Source of the DNA: Crocinitomicaceae bacterium
GTDB taxonomy: Bacteria; Bacteroidota; Bacteroidia; Flavobacteriales_D; Crocinitomicaceae
DNA length: 64,000 nt
Assembly (NCBI GenBank): GCA_022448165.1
Contig: JAKVAS010000001.1
Location: 40,913-104,912 of the forward strand
Direction: 5' to 3'
The stretch's first letter is position 1. The number at the start of each line of letters is the position of its first letter. This document shows positions 8,537-19,024 of the stretch, piece after piece. The notes under the pieces were generated by a model. It did not search any database, had not been told where the DNA came from, and saw only the letters and a list, made by a program, of their open reading frames with translations. The position numbers were made by a program, and so were the translations under genes.

Positions 8537-10552
8537 ATGTCAGTATTAGATTCTAAAATACCAGAAGGTCCATTAAAGGATAAGTGGACTAAACATAAAA
8601 ACACCATCAACCTTGTTAACCCTGCGAACAAGCGTCTTATCGACGTAATTGTTGTAGGGACAGGTCTTGCTGGAGGTTCTGCCTCTGCTTCACTTGCAGA
8701 AATGGGGTACAATGTAAAAGCTTTTTGTTTCCAAGATTCACCCCGTAGAGCGCACTCTATTGCTGCTCAAGGAGGAATCAACGCTGCAAAAAACTATCAA
8801 AACGATGGTGATTCTACTTACCGTTTGTTTTATGATACAGTAAAAGGCGGTGATTATCGTTCAAGAGAAGCGAATGTTTATCGTTTGGCAGAAGTATCGG
8901 CAAATATTATTGATCAATGTGTTGCACAAGGAGTTCCTTTTGCCCGAGATTATGGTGGCTTATTAGATAATCGTTCATTTGGAGGGGTGCTTGTATCAAG
9001 AACCTTCTACGCAAAAGGGCAAACAGGACAACAACTGTTGTTAGGAGCTTATTCTGCTATGAACCGCCAGATTGGTAAAGGAAAAATTAAAATGTATAAC
9101 CGTCATGAGATGTTAGAACTTGTGAAGGTAGACGGTAAAGCAAGAGGGATTATTGCTCGCAACCTTATAACGGGAGCGGTTGAGCGTCACTCTGCTCATG
9201 CAGTTGTAATTGCATCAGGAGGGTATGGAAACGTATTCTTCTTATCTACAAATGCAATGGGGTCGAATGTAACTGCAGCATGGAGAGCTCACAAAAAAGG
9301 TGCTTACTTTGCCAACCCTTGTTACACTCAAATTCACCCAACTTGTATTCCTCGATCTGGAGATTACCAATCAAAATTAACCTTGATGTCTGAATCTTTA
9401 CGAAATGATGGACGTATTTGGGTTCCTAAAAACAAGGAGGACGTAATGGCAATTCGTGAAGGTCGTAAAAAGCCAACGGACTTATCAGCAGACGAAAGAG
9501 ACTATTACCTAGAGCGCAGATATCCTGCATTTGGAAATTTGGTTCCGCGTGACGTTGCTTCTCGTGCGGCAAAAGAACGTTGTGATGCTGGTTACGGTGT
9601 TAACGAAACAGGAGAAGCTGTCTACCTAGACTTCGCTTCGGCATTTCAACGCTATGGAAAAGAAAAAGCCTTAATCCTTGGTGAACCGAATCCTTCAGAA
9701 GATCGTATTCTTGAATTAGGTCGTAAGGTTGTTGAAGATAAGTATGGAAATTTATTTCAAATGTATGAGAAGATTACAGATGATAATCCATATAAAACAC
9801 CTATGAAAATTTACCCCGCTGTTCACTATACAATGGGGGGTATTTGGGTTGATTACAACTTAATGACATCCATACCTGGGTGCTATGCGGCAGGCGAGGC
9901 AAACTTCTCTGATCACGGAGCTAATAGACTGGGGGCATCTGCTTTAATGCAAGGGCTGGCAGATGGGTATTTCGTTTTGCCTTATACAATTGGAGACTAT
10001 TTGTCTAATGACATCCGAACAGGGGAAATTCCAATAACAAGCCCTGAGTTCGACGAAGCAGAAAAATCCGTAAACGACCGAATTAACTCATTCGTAAATA
10101 ATAAAGGAAGTAAGTCTGTAGACCACTTTCACAAACGTTTAGGAAAGGTAATGTGGAACAACGTTGGTATGGCCCGCAATGAACAAGGTTTGAAAGAAGC
10201 TATTGTTGAAATTCAAAAAATCCGTGAAGAGTTCAAAAAAGACGTATTTATTCCTGGATCTGCCAATGAACTAAACCCTGAGTTGGAAAAAGCCTTGCGA
10301 GTTGAAGACTTCTTAGAATTAGGAGAGTTATTCGCACAAGATGCATTATTACGTACTGAATCATGTGGTGGTCACTTTAGAGATGAGTCTGTTGAAGAAG
10401 ATGGACCTCAAAAGGGGGAAGCAAAACGTGATGATGAAAACTTCGCGTATGTAGCTGCTTGGGAATGGACAGGCAATCCAAGCGAGCCCAAACTTCACAA
10501 AGAGCAATTAACATTTAACGACATTGAACTTAAACAACGTTCATACAAATAA
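8537..10552 (+). CDS. sdhA: Succinate dehydrogenase / fumarate reductase flavoprotein subunit
   Basis: FAD-binding motif [12 protein letters not shown], the [10 protein letters not shown] and HYTMGGI motifs, and a length of 671 aa. Confidence 0.95.
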   Translation: MSVLDSKIPEGPLKDKWTKHKNTINLVNPANKRLIDVIVVGTGLAGGSASASLAEMGYNVKAFCFQDSPRRAHSIAAQGGINAAKNYQNDGDSTYRLFYDTVKGGDYRSREANVYRLAEVSANIIDQCVAQGVPFARDYGGLLDNRSFGGVLVSRTFYAKGQTGQQLLLGAYSAMNRQIGKGKIKMYNRHEMLELVKVDGKARGIIARNLITGAVERHSAHAVVIASGGYGNVFFLSTNAMGSNVTAAWRAHKKGAYFANPCYTQIHPTCIPRSGDYQSKLTLMSESLRNDGRIWVPKNKEDVMAIREGRKKPTDLSADERDYYLERRYPAFGNLVPRDVASRAAKERCDAGYGVNETGEAVYLDFASAFQRYGKEKALILGEPNPSEDRILELGRKVVEDKYGNLFQMYEKITDDNPYKTPMKIYPAVHYTMGGIWVDYNLMTSIPGCYAAGEANFSDHGANRLGASALMQGLADGYFVLPYTIGDYLSNDIRTGEIPITSPEFDEAEKSVNDRINSFVNNKGSKSVDHFHKRLGKVMWNNVGMARNEQGLKEAIVEIQKIREEFKKDVFIPGSANELNPELEKALRVEDFLELGELFAQDALLRTESCGGHFRDESVEEDGPQKGEAKRDDENFAYVAAWEWTGNPSEPKLHKEQLTFNDIELKQRSYK

Positions 10553-10561
10553 TTCAGCGGC

Positions 10562-11314
10562 ATGAAACTTACACTTAAAATTTGGAGACAGAAAAGCGCT
10601 AACGATAAAGGCAAGATCCAAACTTATCCTATTGATAATGTGTCTGAACACATGTCATTCCTAGAAATGATGGATGTTTTAAACGAACAACTTGTTTCTG
10701 AAGGAAAAGAACCTATTGCTTTTGATCATGATTGTAGAGAGGGGATTTGTGGAATGTGTTCCATGCACATTAACGGAGAGCCTCATGGGCCAGATCGCGG
10801 AGTTACAACGTGTCAATTGCACATGCGTAAATTTAAAGATGGTGACACGATTTACATTGAACCATTTAGAGCAAAAGGATTTCCTGTAATAAAAGATTTA
10901 GTAGTAGATAGAGGTTCTTTTGATCGTATTCAACATGTTGGTGGATTCATCTCCGTAAACACTTCTGGAAACACTCAGGACGCAAATGCTATTCCCATTC
11001 CGAAAGCAGATGCTGATACGGCATTTGATGCAGCAACTTGTATTGGTTGTGGTGCCTGTGTTGCAGCATGTAAGAATGCTTCAGCAATGCTTTTCGTTTC
11101 TGCAAAAGTTTCGCAATTTTCATTATTGCCTCAAGGTAAGGTTGAAGCAAAACGTCGTGTATTAAACATGGTAGAGCAAATGGATAAAGAAGGGTTTGGA
11201 AATTGTACAAACACAGGTGCTTGCTCTATTGAATGTCCTAAAGAAATTTCTTTAGAAAACATAGCTAGAATGAATCGTGAATATTTTAAAGCTAGTCTTT
11301 CTTCGAAAGCATAG
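10562..11314 (+). CDS. sdhB: Succinate dehydrogenase / fumarate reductase iron-sulfur subunit
   Basis: Cys clusters [20 protein letters not shown] and [12 protein letters not shown]. Confidence 0.95.
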   Translation: MKLTLKIWRQKSANDKGKIQTYPIDNVSEHMSFLEMMDVLNEQLVSEGKEPIAFDHDCREGICGMCSMHINGEPHGPDRGVTTCQLHMRKFKDGDTIYIEPFRAKGFPVIKDLVVDRGSFDRIQHVGGFISVNTSGNTQDANAIPIPKADADTAFDAATCIGCGACVAACKNASAMLFVSAKVSQFSLLPQGKVEAKRRVLNMVEQMDKEGFGNCTNTGACSIECPKEISLENIARMNREYFKASLSSKA

Positions 11315-11349
11315 CTTGATTTTATATTAAATATAATACCATTTAAATA

Positions 11350-11377
11350 GTCCTCTGATACATCAGAGGACTTTTTT
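11350..11377 (+). terminator. Rho-independent terminator after sdhB
   Basis: GTCCTCTGA-taca-TCAGAGGAC hairpin followed by TTTTTT. Confidence 0.8.
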
Positions 11378-11451
11378 ATACCATTTTAATAAGCATGTTT
11401 TCTAATATTGGTCTAATGTAGTATCTTAGCCCCTCAATAATTTATATTCAT

Positions 11452-13197
11452 ATGAAAAAAATACTACTTTCTTTAGCCGTGATTGCATTAGGCTTCTCTG
11501 CGCAATCACAAGTAATAGTTGCTGGAATTGCTCCCGCAAATATTGTTGGCAATTATGACTTTACCTGGGCTGATCCTGCTGGAGGCGATTGGTCAACTCC
11601 TGATTTCCTAATACCTGGAACGTTTGTAAAAGACACCCTTGTTCTAGTTGAAGATGGAACACCAGGAACAAATCCACAAGGAAATCCAATTTCACAAGAA
11701 GGATGTAGCCCACTTACAAATGGAACTGACGTTAATGGTAAAATTGCTGTTATATATCGTAACACATGTGAATTCGGTACAAAAGCCTTAAACGCGCAAA
11801 ATGCAGGAGCAGTTGGTGTAATTATTTTGAACCGTGACCCTGAAGTTATTGAAATGGGTGGTGGTGCAGATGGTGCATCTGTAACAATTCCTGTTGTTAT
11901 GCTAAACAGTAATGACGGTTTGACATTGACAACTGAAATGCTTAATGGACCTGTTTGTATGTTTCTAGGAAACAAAACAGGTATTTACGATGATGATGCT
12001 GGTATTACTAAAGGTGCTGCATTGATTTCTAAAAACACTGGTGTTCCTTCTCAGCTAGCCTTTGATGCTGCTTCATTCAACTTTGATATCGGTGCACGTG
12101 TTTACAATTATGGTCAAAATGATCAATCAAACATGACATTGAATGCTTCTATTGAAGGTCCTTCTGGAAACGTTTATGACGAAACGGTAACATTAACACC
12201 TGTTCCTTCTGGAGACAGTGTTGATACCGACCCTTCTGCTGCTTTAAACTTCCCACAGTTTTCTTTAGCTTCTTACCCTGATGGTATCTATACATTAACA
12301 TATACATTGTTGCTTGACGGTGTTGCTGATGAGTACGATTCTGATAACGTTATCACTGCTGCATTTGCTGTTCAAGATTCTGTGTACGCTTTTGCTTCAC
12401 TAGACTCAACTGGACTACCAACACAAAATAACGGATTCCGTCCAAGTACAAACACATCAACATTCTCTGAATGTATCGTATTTGATAACCCAAATGGTGG
12501 TCTATTACAAGTTGATGGTTTATACTTCCACGCATTAGGAAGCAATGTTGACCTTTCTGGTGAAGAGATTGCTCTTTATGTTTACGAGTGGCAAGATGTT
12601 TTTACAGATCTTAACGATGCTGCACTTGCTTTCAACGCGTTAAACCCAGTTGGAAACGGTTATTACTACTACCCTTCAGATCTTCAAGGAGAAACTGTTT
12701 ACGGAGCGTTAAACTCTCCTGTAGCATTAACAGATAACCAACGTTACTTATTCTGTGCACAAACAGTTAATTTAGAAGTATACCTTGGATTTGACAACTC
12801 TATTGGATATGATTGGAACTATGGTTACTATGCGCAGCCATTAGGTCCTATTGAAAACGATGGTAGTTACTTTGCTACTGGTTTTGGTGCTGATATAATT
12901 TCGTCTGTTGCGGCAAAAGTTTCTAACAATACCGTTGGTATTGAAACTATTGGCACTATTAACGGATCTGCTTACCCTAACCCAGCGAATGACAAAGTGA
13001 ACATTTCTTTGCAAACAACTGAAGCAGGAAACTTGGTTGTTTCTGATCTTGCTGGAAAAACAGTTCTTAATTCAACTGTTTCTTTTGCAAACGGAGCAAC
13101 TTCTGTAAACATTGACACTTTAGAGCCAGGTGTTTACATCTTTAACATTACATTAGAAAGTGGTATTACTTCTACATTCAATGTTGTGAAAAAATAA
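11452..13197 (+). CDS. Secreted PA (protease-associated) domain protein with a T9SS type A sorting domain
   Basis: Signal peptide; PA-like segment NGKIAVIYRNTCEFGTKALNAQNAGAVGVIILN; C-terminus AYPNPANDKVNISL...GVYIFNITL...FNVVKK. Confidence 0.75.
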   Translation: MKKILLSLAVIALGFSAQSQVIVAGIAPANIVGNYDFTWADPAGGDWSTPDFLIPGTFVKDTLVLVEDGTPGTNPQGNPISQEGCSPLTNGTDVNGKIAVIYRNTCEFGTKALNAQNAGAVGVIILNRDPEVIEMGGGADGASVTIPVVMLNSNDGLTLTTEMLNGPVCMFLGNKTGIYDDDAGITKGAALISKNTGVPSQLAFDAASFNFDIGARVYNYGQNDQSNMTLNASIEGPSGNVYDETVTLTPVPSGDSVDTDPSAALNFPQFSLASYPDGIYTLTYTLLLDGVADEYDSDNVITAAFAVQDSVYAFASLDSTGLPTQNNGFRPSTNTSTFSECIVFDNPNGGLLQVDGLYFHALGSNVDLSGEEIALYVYEWQDVFTDLNDAALAFNALNPVGNGYYYYPSDLQGETVYGALNSPVALTDNQRYLFCAQTVNLEVYLGFDNSIGYDWNYGYYAQPLGPIENDGSYFATGFGADIISSVAAKVSNNTVGIETIGTINGSAYPNPANDKVNISLQTTEAGNLVVSDLAGKTVLNSTVSFANGATSVNIDTLEPGVYIFNITLESGITSTFNVVKK

Positions 13198-13214
13198 GAA
13201 TACATTTTTATACG

Positions 13215-13246
13215 AAAAAGGGCGGCTATTATGGCCGCCCTTTTTT
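13215..13246. terminator. Bidirectional rho-independent terminator between convergent genes
   Basis: AAAAA-GGGCGGC-tattatg-GCCGCCC-TTTTTT, with a GC-rich stem flanked by an A-tract and a T-tract. Confidence 0.8.
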
Positions 13247-13263
13247 GTTAACCTTTCTACAAG

Positions 13264-14103
13264 TTAAAAGTTTAACGATACACCAAATGTAAGTGGATAA
13301 ACAGCAACCGTTTTATCATTTTCAAAAAGTGAAGTCAAACTATAGTTAGCAAATACTCCAAAACTTCCATATCCCATTCGAACTGCTGCATCTAATTTGA
13401 ACGGATTTAAATTATATGCTCCTCTTTCCTTCTGTTTAAACTTATCTCCATTTACTTCTCCTTCTCGCTTAATTTTAGAGGTAAGCTTTACTCCTGCAAC
13501 AACACCAGCAGCTAAATAAAAGCTTCGATCATCATCCGCACTCGTATTAAACTCAAGCAAAAGTGGAATGGTTAAATAAGAAGCCTTTAATTTATTCTTC
13601 GAATAGATGTTTACAGAGTCTACAAAGGCAAATATAGAGTCAGGTGAACTAGATACTACATAATTATTTTTAAAGGCAAGAGAGGTGAAATTAAAGCCTA
13701 AACCTGTCGTTAATCCAACATATGGTGTTCCAAAGTTAAACTTGTGCTCCATGATGTTAATATTCCAAACATTTGAACTAGCAGGGTCATTCTCCCAGTA
13801 TGGGTTATTATCAAAGTTAGTCTGAAATTCATCATTCATCATTAACCCAAAACCAAAATCAACCCCCGCCCAGTGCGCGTCACTCGTTTTTCGTTTCTCG
13901 CACTTATCATTAGAATCTTTAGAGTCATCAACCTCTACAGGGTTTCCATCTTCATCTGTTACCTCCATACCACCATTTGCATTCTCTATGATCAGAATTG
14001 TAGTATTTCCTAATTTAACTCGGGTAGTGTCCGCTGCTTCCTCTTGCGCTAAGATTGGTAATGTTAAAAGTCCAATTGCTAGTGTTAAGTATATTTTTTT
14101 CAT
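13264..14103 (-). CDS. Outer-membrane beta-barrel protein (PorT/OMP_b-brl_2-like)
   Basis: Signal peptide, alternating amphipathic strands and a C-terminal aromatic residue (VSLNF); 279 aa. Confidence 0.65.
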   Translation of the reverse strand: MKKIYLTLAIGLLTLPILAQEEAADTTRVKLGNTTILIIENANGGMEVTDEDGNPVEVDDSKDSNDKCEKRKTSDAHWAGVDFGFGLMMNDEFQTNFDNNPYWENDPASSNVWNINIMEHKFNFGTPYVGLTTGLGFNFTSLAFKNNYVVSSSPDSIFAFVDSVNIYSKNKLKASYLTIPLLLEFNTSADDDRSFYLAAGVVAGVKLTSKIKREGEVNGDKFKQKERGAYNLNPFKLDAAVRMGYGSFGVFANYSLTSLFENDKTVAVYPLTFGVSLNF

Positions 14104-14219
14104 TCCGTTGTTTTTCTATAAGACTTGGAGTTTGAAGAAAAGTTACAAAACCATACGATTTAATTTCCAGATAAACGTCTACATCCTTTTTAGTTAAAGG
14201 TTTCAACTCATAAAAAAAC

Positions 14220-14609
14220 TTAATCTTCAGACGAAGTCCAATCTTCCATGAAACTATCTATACTTCTACGATCCTTCTTTGAGGGCTTCCCAGAACCGTT
14301 ATCTCTATAAACACTTTGCGCAGCATTATAGCGTTTTAGCTTCTCTATTTCCTCTGCAGGAGTAATATCAATAATATAATTCTTTACAAGTTTTGCCCCT
14401 ACCCGATTGTTTAATAGTTGTATAACGCGATATGTAAACTTAGAAGTGTGTTTAATGATCTGTATTTCATCACCCAACTTAACCTCTTTAGCAGGTTTAA
14501 CATTCATCATGTTCAAACGAACCTTGCCTTTATCAATAGCCTGGGCAGCCTGTGACCTCGTTTTTGCTAAACGTACACTCCATACATACTTATCCAATCG
14601 CGTACTCAT
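14220..14609 (-). CDS. S4-domain RNA-binding protein (Hsp15/HslR-like)
   Basis: RLDKYVWSVRLAKTRSQAAQAIDKGKVRLN is a typical S4 motif; 129 aa. Confidence 0.75.
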   Translation of the reverse strand: MSTRLDKYVWSVRLAKTRSQAAQAIDKGKVRLNMMNVKPAKEVKLGDEIQIIKHTSKFTYRVIQLLNNRVGAKLVKNYIIDITPAEEIEKLKRYNAAQSVYRDNGSGKPSKKDRRSIDSFMEDWTSSED

Positions 14610-14943
14610 CTCTTACTTTTTTTGTTAACGATTTTACAACTAAATCATATGAGTGATCAATTAGCTCTAACAGCAATTCTCTTGAAACATCAGAATTTAT
14701 TGTTACAGTATTCCAATGTTTCTTGTTCATATGAAACCCAGCATTAACTCCATTAAACGTTTCACGAAGCTCTATAGACCTCTCTGGATCGCACTTTAGA
14801 TTAACCGTTTCAAAGAGATCCACTTTAGTCAATGCAAACATTTTACCAGCCACCTTAAACACAAGAGTCGTTTCATCAAACGGAAACGACTCTGTAGTGG
14901 CATTTTTGGATAAACAGTATGTTCTGTATTCCTCTATGTTCAT
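14590..14943 (-). CDS. MmcQ/YjbR-family protein
   Basis: A 117-aa ORF with N-terminus EEYRTYCLSKNATTESFPFDETTLVFKVAGKMFAL, typical of the family. It overlaps the downstream S4 gene by 20 nt. Confidence 0.6.
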   Translation of the reverse strand: MNIEEYRTYCLSKNATTESFPFDETTLVFKVAGKMFALTKVDLFETVNLKCDPERSIELRETFNGVNAGFHMNKKHWNTVTINSDVSRELLLELIDHSYDLVVKSLTKKVRDEYAIG

Positions 14944-14946
14944 TTT

Positions 14947-16053
14947 TTAATGTATTCCTGGCGCATCTTTATGGCGGCCAAGATTACGAAGCATTCTGCC
15001 ATGCTCAATTATTGCCGCGGCAAATGTTTCATATGAATAATACGGTAAATTATATTCGAACGCCGTGTCTCTAACAATATCCGCAATTTTTGGATAGTGT
15101 ACATGACAAATATTTGGAAACAAATGATGTTCCACCTGATAATTTAAACCACCTACATACCAAGAAAACAATCGAGACTTAGGTGCGAAATTAGCCGTAT
15201 TCATTAGTTGGTTTACAGCCCAATCCAATTCAATATTTCCAGAAGTGTCCGGTTTTTGAAAATCAGAAGACGGCACAACATGTGCTGGTTGGAAAATTGC
15301 CGCAAGAGTGAGGCCTGCAATAAAATTCATAAGGAAGAAACATAATAACGTTCCCCACCAAGGCAACGCACTAAAAATCAATGGTAATACTAAAAACACA
15401 CCTAAGTAAACAACCTTACTAACAATAATTATAGACAACAAACCTGCTGGAGAAATTCCCTGTGTTTCTATCAAACCTCTTTTTTTGTAACGAGAAAATT
15501 GAGCATAATCCTTAGAAAAAGTCCACATCAATGTCATCATTCCATATAAAAACCAAGCATAGATATGTTGGAATCTATGTCCTTTTAATAACTTCTGGTT
15601 TGGAGAAAAGCGCATTAAAACACCAATGTCAATATCTTCATCCATTCCTTCTACATTTGTATAAGTGTGATGCAGTACATTGTGCTGAATTTTCCAATTC
15701 GTATCACTTCCCCCTACGAGGTTGATTAATTTTCCTAGAACTCTATTAACTGTTTTATTTTTTGAATATGCTCCATGATTCGCATCATGCATAATAGACA
15801 GCCCTATTCCTGCCATACCAAACCCCATAAAAATCCACATTAACACAATCAAACTTGTAGCGTTCAATACTGTTAAAATCAAAATAAAAGGAACGATATA
15901 TAGTGACAGCATAAATACCGTCTTTAGCACCATATTTGTATTTGCGTAGCGCGAAACATTGTTTTCTTTAAAATAAGCATTTACTCGCTTCCGCAGAACT
16001 TTGTAAAAGTCTCCGGCATCTGTTTTATTAAATTTAACTGATGATAATTCCAT
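14947..16053 (-). CDS. Membrane fatty-acid desaturase
   Basis: Three histidine boxes (HDANHG, HNVLHH, QVEHHLFP) and multiple TM segments. Confidence 0.85.
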   Translation of the reverse strand: MELSSVKFNKTDAGDFYKVLRKRVNAYFKENNVSRYANTNMVLKTVFMLSLYIVPFILILTVLNATSLIVLMWIFMGFGMAGIGLSIMHDANHGAYSKNKTVNRVLGKLINLVGGSDTNWKIQHNVLHHTYTNVEGMDEDIDIGVLMRFSPNQKLLKGHRFQHIYAWFLYGMMTLMWTFSKDYAQFSRYKKRGLIETQGISPAGLLSIIIVSKVVYLGVFLVLPLIFSALPWWGTLLCFFLMNFIAGLTLAAIFQPAHVVPSSDFQKPDTSGNIELDWAVNQLMNTANFAPKSRLFSWYVGGLNYQVEHHLFPNICHVHYPKIADIVRDTAFEYNLPYYSYETFAAAIIEHGRMLRNLGRHKDAPGIH

Positions 16054-16159
16054 GTAATTTATCTTTTAAGAAGTTACAAAGGTAGTTCGTTTTGCTCTGT
16101 TATCCGAAATATTGGAGTCATATTCGACGAATGAATATATTTTGCAGTCCTATATTGTC

Positions 16160-16167
16160 TATTTTTG
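16160..16167 (+). promoter_or_regulatory. Candidate -7 promoter box (TATTTTTG) for ispG
   Basis: Exact TAnnTTTG match 25 nt upstream of the ATG at 16192. It overlaps the TTG start proposed by the track ORF, which argues for the 16192 start. Confidence 0.4.
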
Positions 16168-16191
16168 TTCAAGCGACAAAGTGATTATAGC

Positions 16192-18120
16192 ATGGAAAAT
16201 GACCTTAAGAATCTATATTGTGAAAATCTATTTACCCGTACACGCTTCTTAACTCGTACAATAAGTGTTGGTTCAACCAATTTCGGCGGTAACGCTCCTA
16301 TTCGGGTTCAATCAATGACAACAACCGACACAATGGATACTGAAGCGTCTGTAGAGGAGTCAATCCGAATGATAGATGCTGGTTGCGAACTAGTTAGACT
16401 TACAGCTCCAAGCAAAAAAGATGCAGAAAACCTTAGAAACATTCGAAGTTCTTTACATCAGAAAGGTTACACTACACCGTTGGTTGCAGATATACATTTT
16501 ACACCGAACGCAGCAGAAATAGCCGCAACAATAGTAGAAAAAGTAAGGGTCAATCCAGGCAATTATGCTGATAAAAAAAGGTTCGAAGAAATCACTTATA
16601 CTGATGCTACATACGCAGATGAACTTTCAAGAATAGAGCAAAAATTCACACCGCTGGTACTTCTTTGCAAAGAAAATGGCACCGCTATGCGAATAGGAAC
16701 AAACCATGGATCCCTCTCTGACCGCATTTTAAGTCGTTACGGAGACACGCCCGAAGGTATGGTGGAATCTGCTATGGAATTTTTACGAATTTGTAGAAAA
16801 CATAATTATCATCAACTCGTTCTATCGATGAAAGCTAGTAACACCTTAGTCATGGTGCAAGCTTATCGTCTTCTTGTGGCCACAATGCGTTCATCAGGAA
16901 TGGACTATCCTTTGCACCTAGGTGTAACAGAAGCTGGAGATGGTGAAGATGGAAGAATAAAATCTGCTGTAGGCATTGGAGCATTACTTGAAGACGGATT
17001 GGGAGATACAATTCGTGTTTCTTTAACGGAAGACCCCGAAAAAGAAATGCCCGTTGCTCAAAAATTAATTGAGAAATATACTATCGATAATAGCATTTTT
17101 GACCTAGGATTTATTAAAAACGAAATAAACTATGATCCTTTTAGTCATGAAAGATCCAAAACAACTTCTGTTGGCATTATAGGAGGTTCAAATACGCCTG
17201 TTGTCTTTGCCGATTTAAGTGAACATTCCAATATTAAACCCTCCCATCTATTCGGTTTTGGTTATTCCTATTCTGTTCCACTAGATAAATGGAACATCTC
17301 AGATTCTGCGGCAGATATAGTCTATATTGGAAGCCAAAAGCTAAACTTCCAAACTCCCGGCACTTTAAAAGTACTATCTGACTACAAAGTTTGGAAAGAA
17401 TTATATTCCGAAACTCCAGGGCATTTCCCACTTGTTTCAAAATCTCAATTATCCAACTTATCTGTTGAAGACATTCTTTTTATTGAACACGATGCAGAAA
17501 ACTTTGATGTAGAATACCTTAAAAAACACCCGCTAGCTGTTATAATCCTAATCAGCAAACATAGTAACACCTCACAACTGTTTCGCAATATGCGGTTGAT
17601 TTTTACGAAAAACGGTGTTTTTAACCCTGTAATACTGTCTTCGACAGTACTAAATAAAGATCCAGAACGTTTCCAGCTTTGGACCTCTTCCGATCTTGGG
17701 GCTTCCTTGATCGATGGTTTCGGTGATGGGATTTGGTTAAAAGGGAATCAACCCTCCCAATTAATTAATTCTACCTCTTTTGGCATCTTACAAGCTACTC
17801 GTCTCAGAATATCTAAAACAGAATACATATCATGCCCTTCCTGCGGAAGAACACTTTTTGACCTACAAGAAACAACGGCGAAAATTCGTGCTAAAACAGA
17901 ACACCTGAAAGGTTTGAAAGTTGGAATTATGGGCTGTATTGTAAACGGTCCTGGAGAGATGGCCGATGCTGATTATGGATATGTTGGTACCCGACCTGGA
18001 AAAATTCATTTATATAAAGAAAAGGTAGTTGTTAGAAAAAATGTCGACGAACAAGAAGCTGTTGATGCATTAATTGATTTAATCAAGGAAAACGGTGATT
18101 GGGTCGAACCCAACGCCTAA
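16192..18120 (+). CDS. ispG: 4-hydroxy-3-methylbut-2-enyl diphosphate synthase IspG (GcpE), long form with an inserted domain
   Basis: VQSMT, NPGN and the C-terminal CPSCGRT...GCIVNGPGE motifs. The ~640-aa length reflects the insertion known from Bacteroidetes, Chlamydia and plant IspG. Confidence 0.92.
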   Translation: MENDLKNLYCENLFTRTRFLTRTISVGSTNFGGNAPIRVQSMTTTDTMDTEASVEESIRMIDAGCELVRLTAPSKKDAENLRNIRSSLHQKGYTTPLVADIHFTPNAAEIAATIVEKVRVNPGNYADKKRFEEITYTDATYADELSRIEQKFTPLVLLCKENGTAMRIGTNHGSLSDRILSRYGDTPEGMVESAMEFLRICRKHNYHQLVLSMKASNTLVMVQAYRLLVATMRSSGMDYPLHLGVTEAGDGEDGRIKSAVGIGALLEDGLGDTIRVSLTEDPEKEMPVAQKLIEKYTIDNSIFDLGFIKNEINYDPFSHERSKTTSVGIIGGSNTPVVFADLSEHSNIKPSHLFGFGYSYSVPLDKWNISDSAADIVYIGSQKLNFQTPGTLKVLSDYKVWKELYSETPGHFPLVSKSQLSNLSVEDILFIEHDAENFDVEYLKKHPLAVIILISKHSNTSQLFRNMRLIFTKNGVFNPVILSSTVLNKDPERFQLWTSSDLGASLIDGFGDGIWLKGNQPSQLINSTSFGILQATRLRISKTEYISCPSCGRTLFDLQETTAKIRAKTEHLKGLKVGIMGCIVNGPGEMADADYGYVGTRPGKIHLYKEKVVVRKNVDEQEAVDALIDLIKENGDWVEPNA

Positions 18121-18132
18121 AAAACCACATTA

Positions 18133-18144
18133 TTTCACGTGAAA
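18133..18144. repeat. TTTCACGTGAAA palindrome (copy 1 of 3)
   Basis: A perfect 12-bp palindrome 13 nt after the ispG stop. See copies at 20905 and 20949. Confidence 0.6.
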
Positions 18145-18759
18145 CATCATAACCCACTCACTAACAAGTGCTTACCTTCTTAACCAACTAGTTTTATTTA
18201 TCAAAAAAAACATGCTTCAGATTTAACGATCAACCCACCCCCTATGTGATTCTATGCCAAAAACACTAAACCGCTCTTAAATCGCCTTAAAACACAAAAA
18301 CAACACAACAAAACCATCACAACTGACCAAAACCGAGCTTTATCTAAAAACTTCATCTCAACAAGTACAGAAATAACAAACAAACTTATTAAGTCCTCCT
18401 ACTCAACCAACATGAAATATTGTTTTCAGCTTACCAAGCACCTTTAATTCTACGGTCATTACTTCTATCCTCTCTAGCACTTTAACATCATTAGCTTAAT
18501 CTATAACTGAATAAAAAAATCACACTGACCAACCCGACAAATCGAAAATAACTTCTGTACACATTCTACAACATAACGACGCCTATACAATTCAACTAAC
18601 AAAGAAGTTAGCAACAACGAAAACGTTTGTTATTCCGCAAGGACTATAAAAATTAATCACACTTTTGAATTCATATCGAACAGCACTAATTATTACAATT
18701 TGTCATAGCTATTCTTTCGAACAACACGACAAAGTTCCATTATCCTATTTTATTAAACA

Positions 18760-18797
18760 ATAGGTCCTGTTTATGTTAACATAAACAGGACCTATTA
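18760..18797. repeat. 38-bp perfect palindrome AATAGGTCCTGTTTATGTTAACATAAACAGGACCTATT
   Basis: I checked it base by base. Both halves are exact reverse complements around a central GTTAAC. Confidence 0.9.
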
Positions 18798-19024
18798 TAG
18801 TGCTTTATGAATAAACAATTAAGTGACTTACAGGAAATCCACCATTTATACTTACTGAATAGATATATTCAATCCATTCACAGACAACCTATTTATGTAA
18901 CACAACAACAACAAGGGGTAACGTGTATTATACAGAAGGAATTTCCAATGCCTATCCAAACCGTCCAGACATAAAGAAACTAACCATTATTTTTTATTCT
19001 TAATCCTAACTCCAATAAATTTTA

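Noticed and set aside
16192-18120. Unusually long IspG (about 640 aa versus about 370 aa in E. coli) as a possible novelty
   Set aside because: The inserted domain is a known feature of IspG from Bacteroidetes, Chlorobi, Chlamydiae and plants, so it is not new.
18252-18356. 34-aa hydrophobic minus-strand ORF (MKFLDKARFWSVVMVLLCCFCVLRRFKSGLVFLA) in the G-depleted spacer, which could be a type I toxin-like peptide
   Set aside because: The minus strand here is G/T-rich, so any open frame will encode V/L/F/C/G-rich peptides by composition alone. There is no recognisable promoter or antitoxin RNA evidence. I retained it only as a remote possibility under the spacer finding.
18760-18797. dif/Xer recombination site reading of the 38-bp palindrome
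   Set aside because: TTATGTTAA matches part of the E. coli XerD arm. However, the two arms are arranged TTATG-4 bp-CATAA rather than CATAA-6 bp-TTATG, and the sequence is a perfect palindrome, unlike known dif sites.
18121-19024. Known structured RNAs (tmRNA, RNase P RNA, SRP RNA, 6S RNA) in the long spacer
   Set aside because: By eye I found no GGTTCGAATCC-type T-arm with a CCA-proximal acceptor, no GAGGAAAGTCC-type RNase P motif and no SRP domain IV motif on either strand. A covariance-model search is still needed to be sure.
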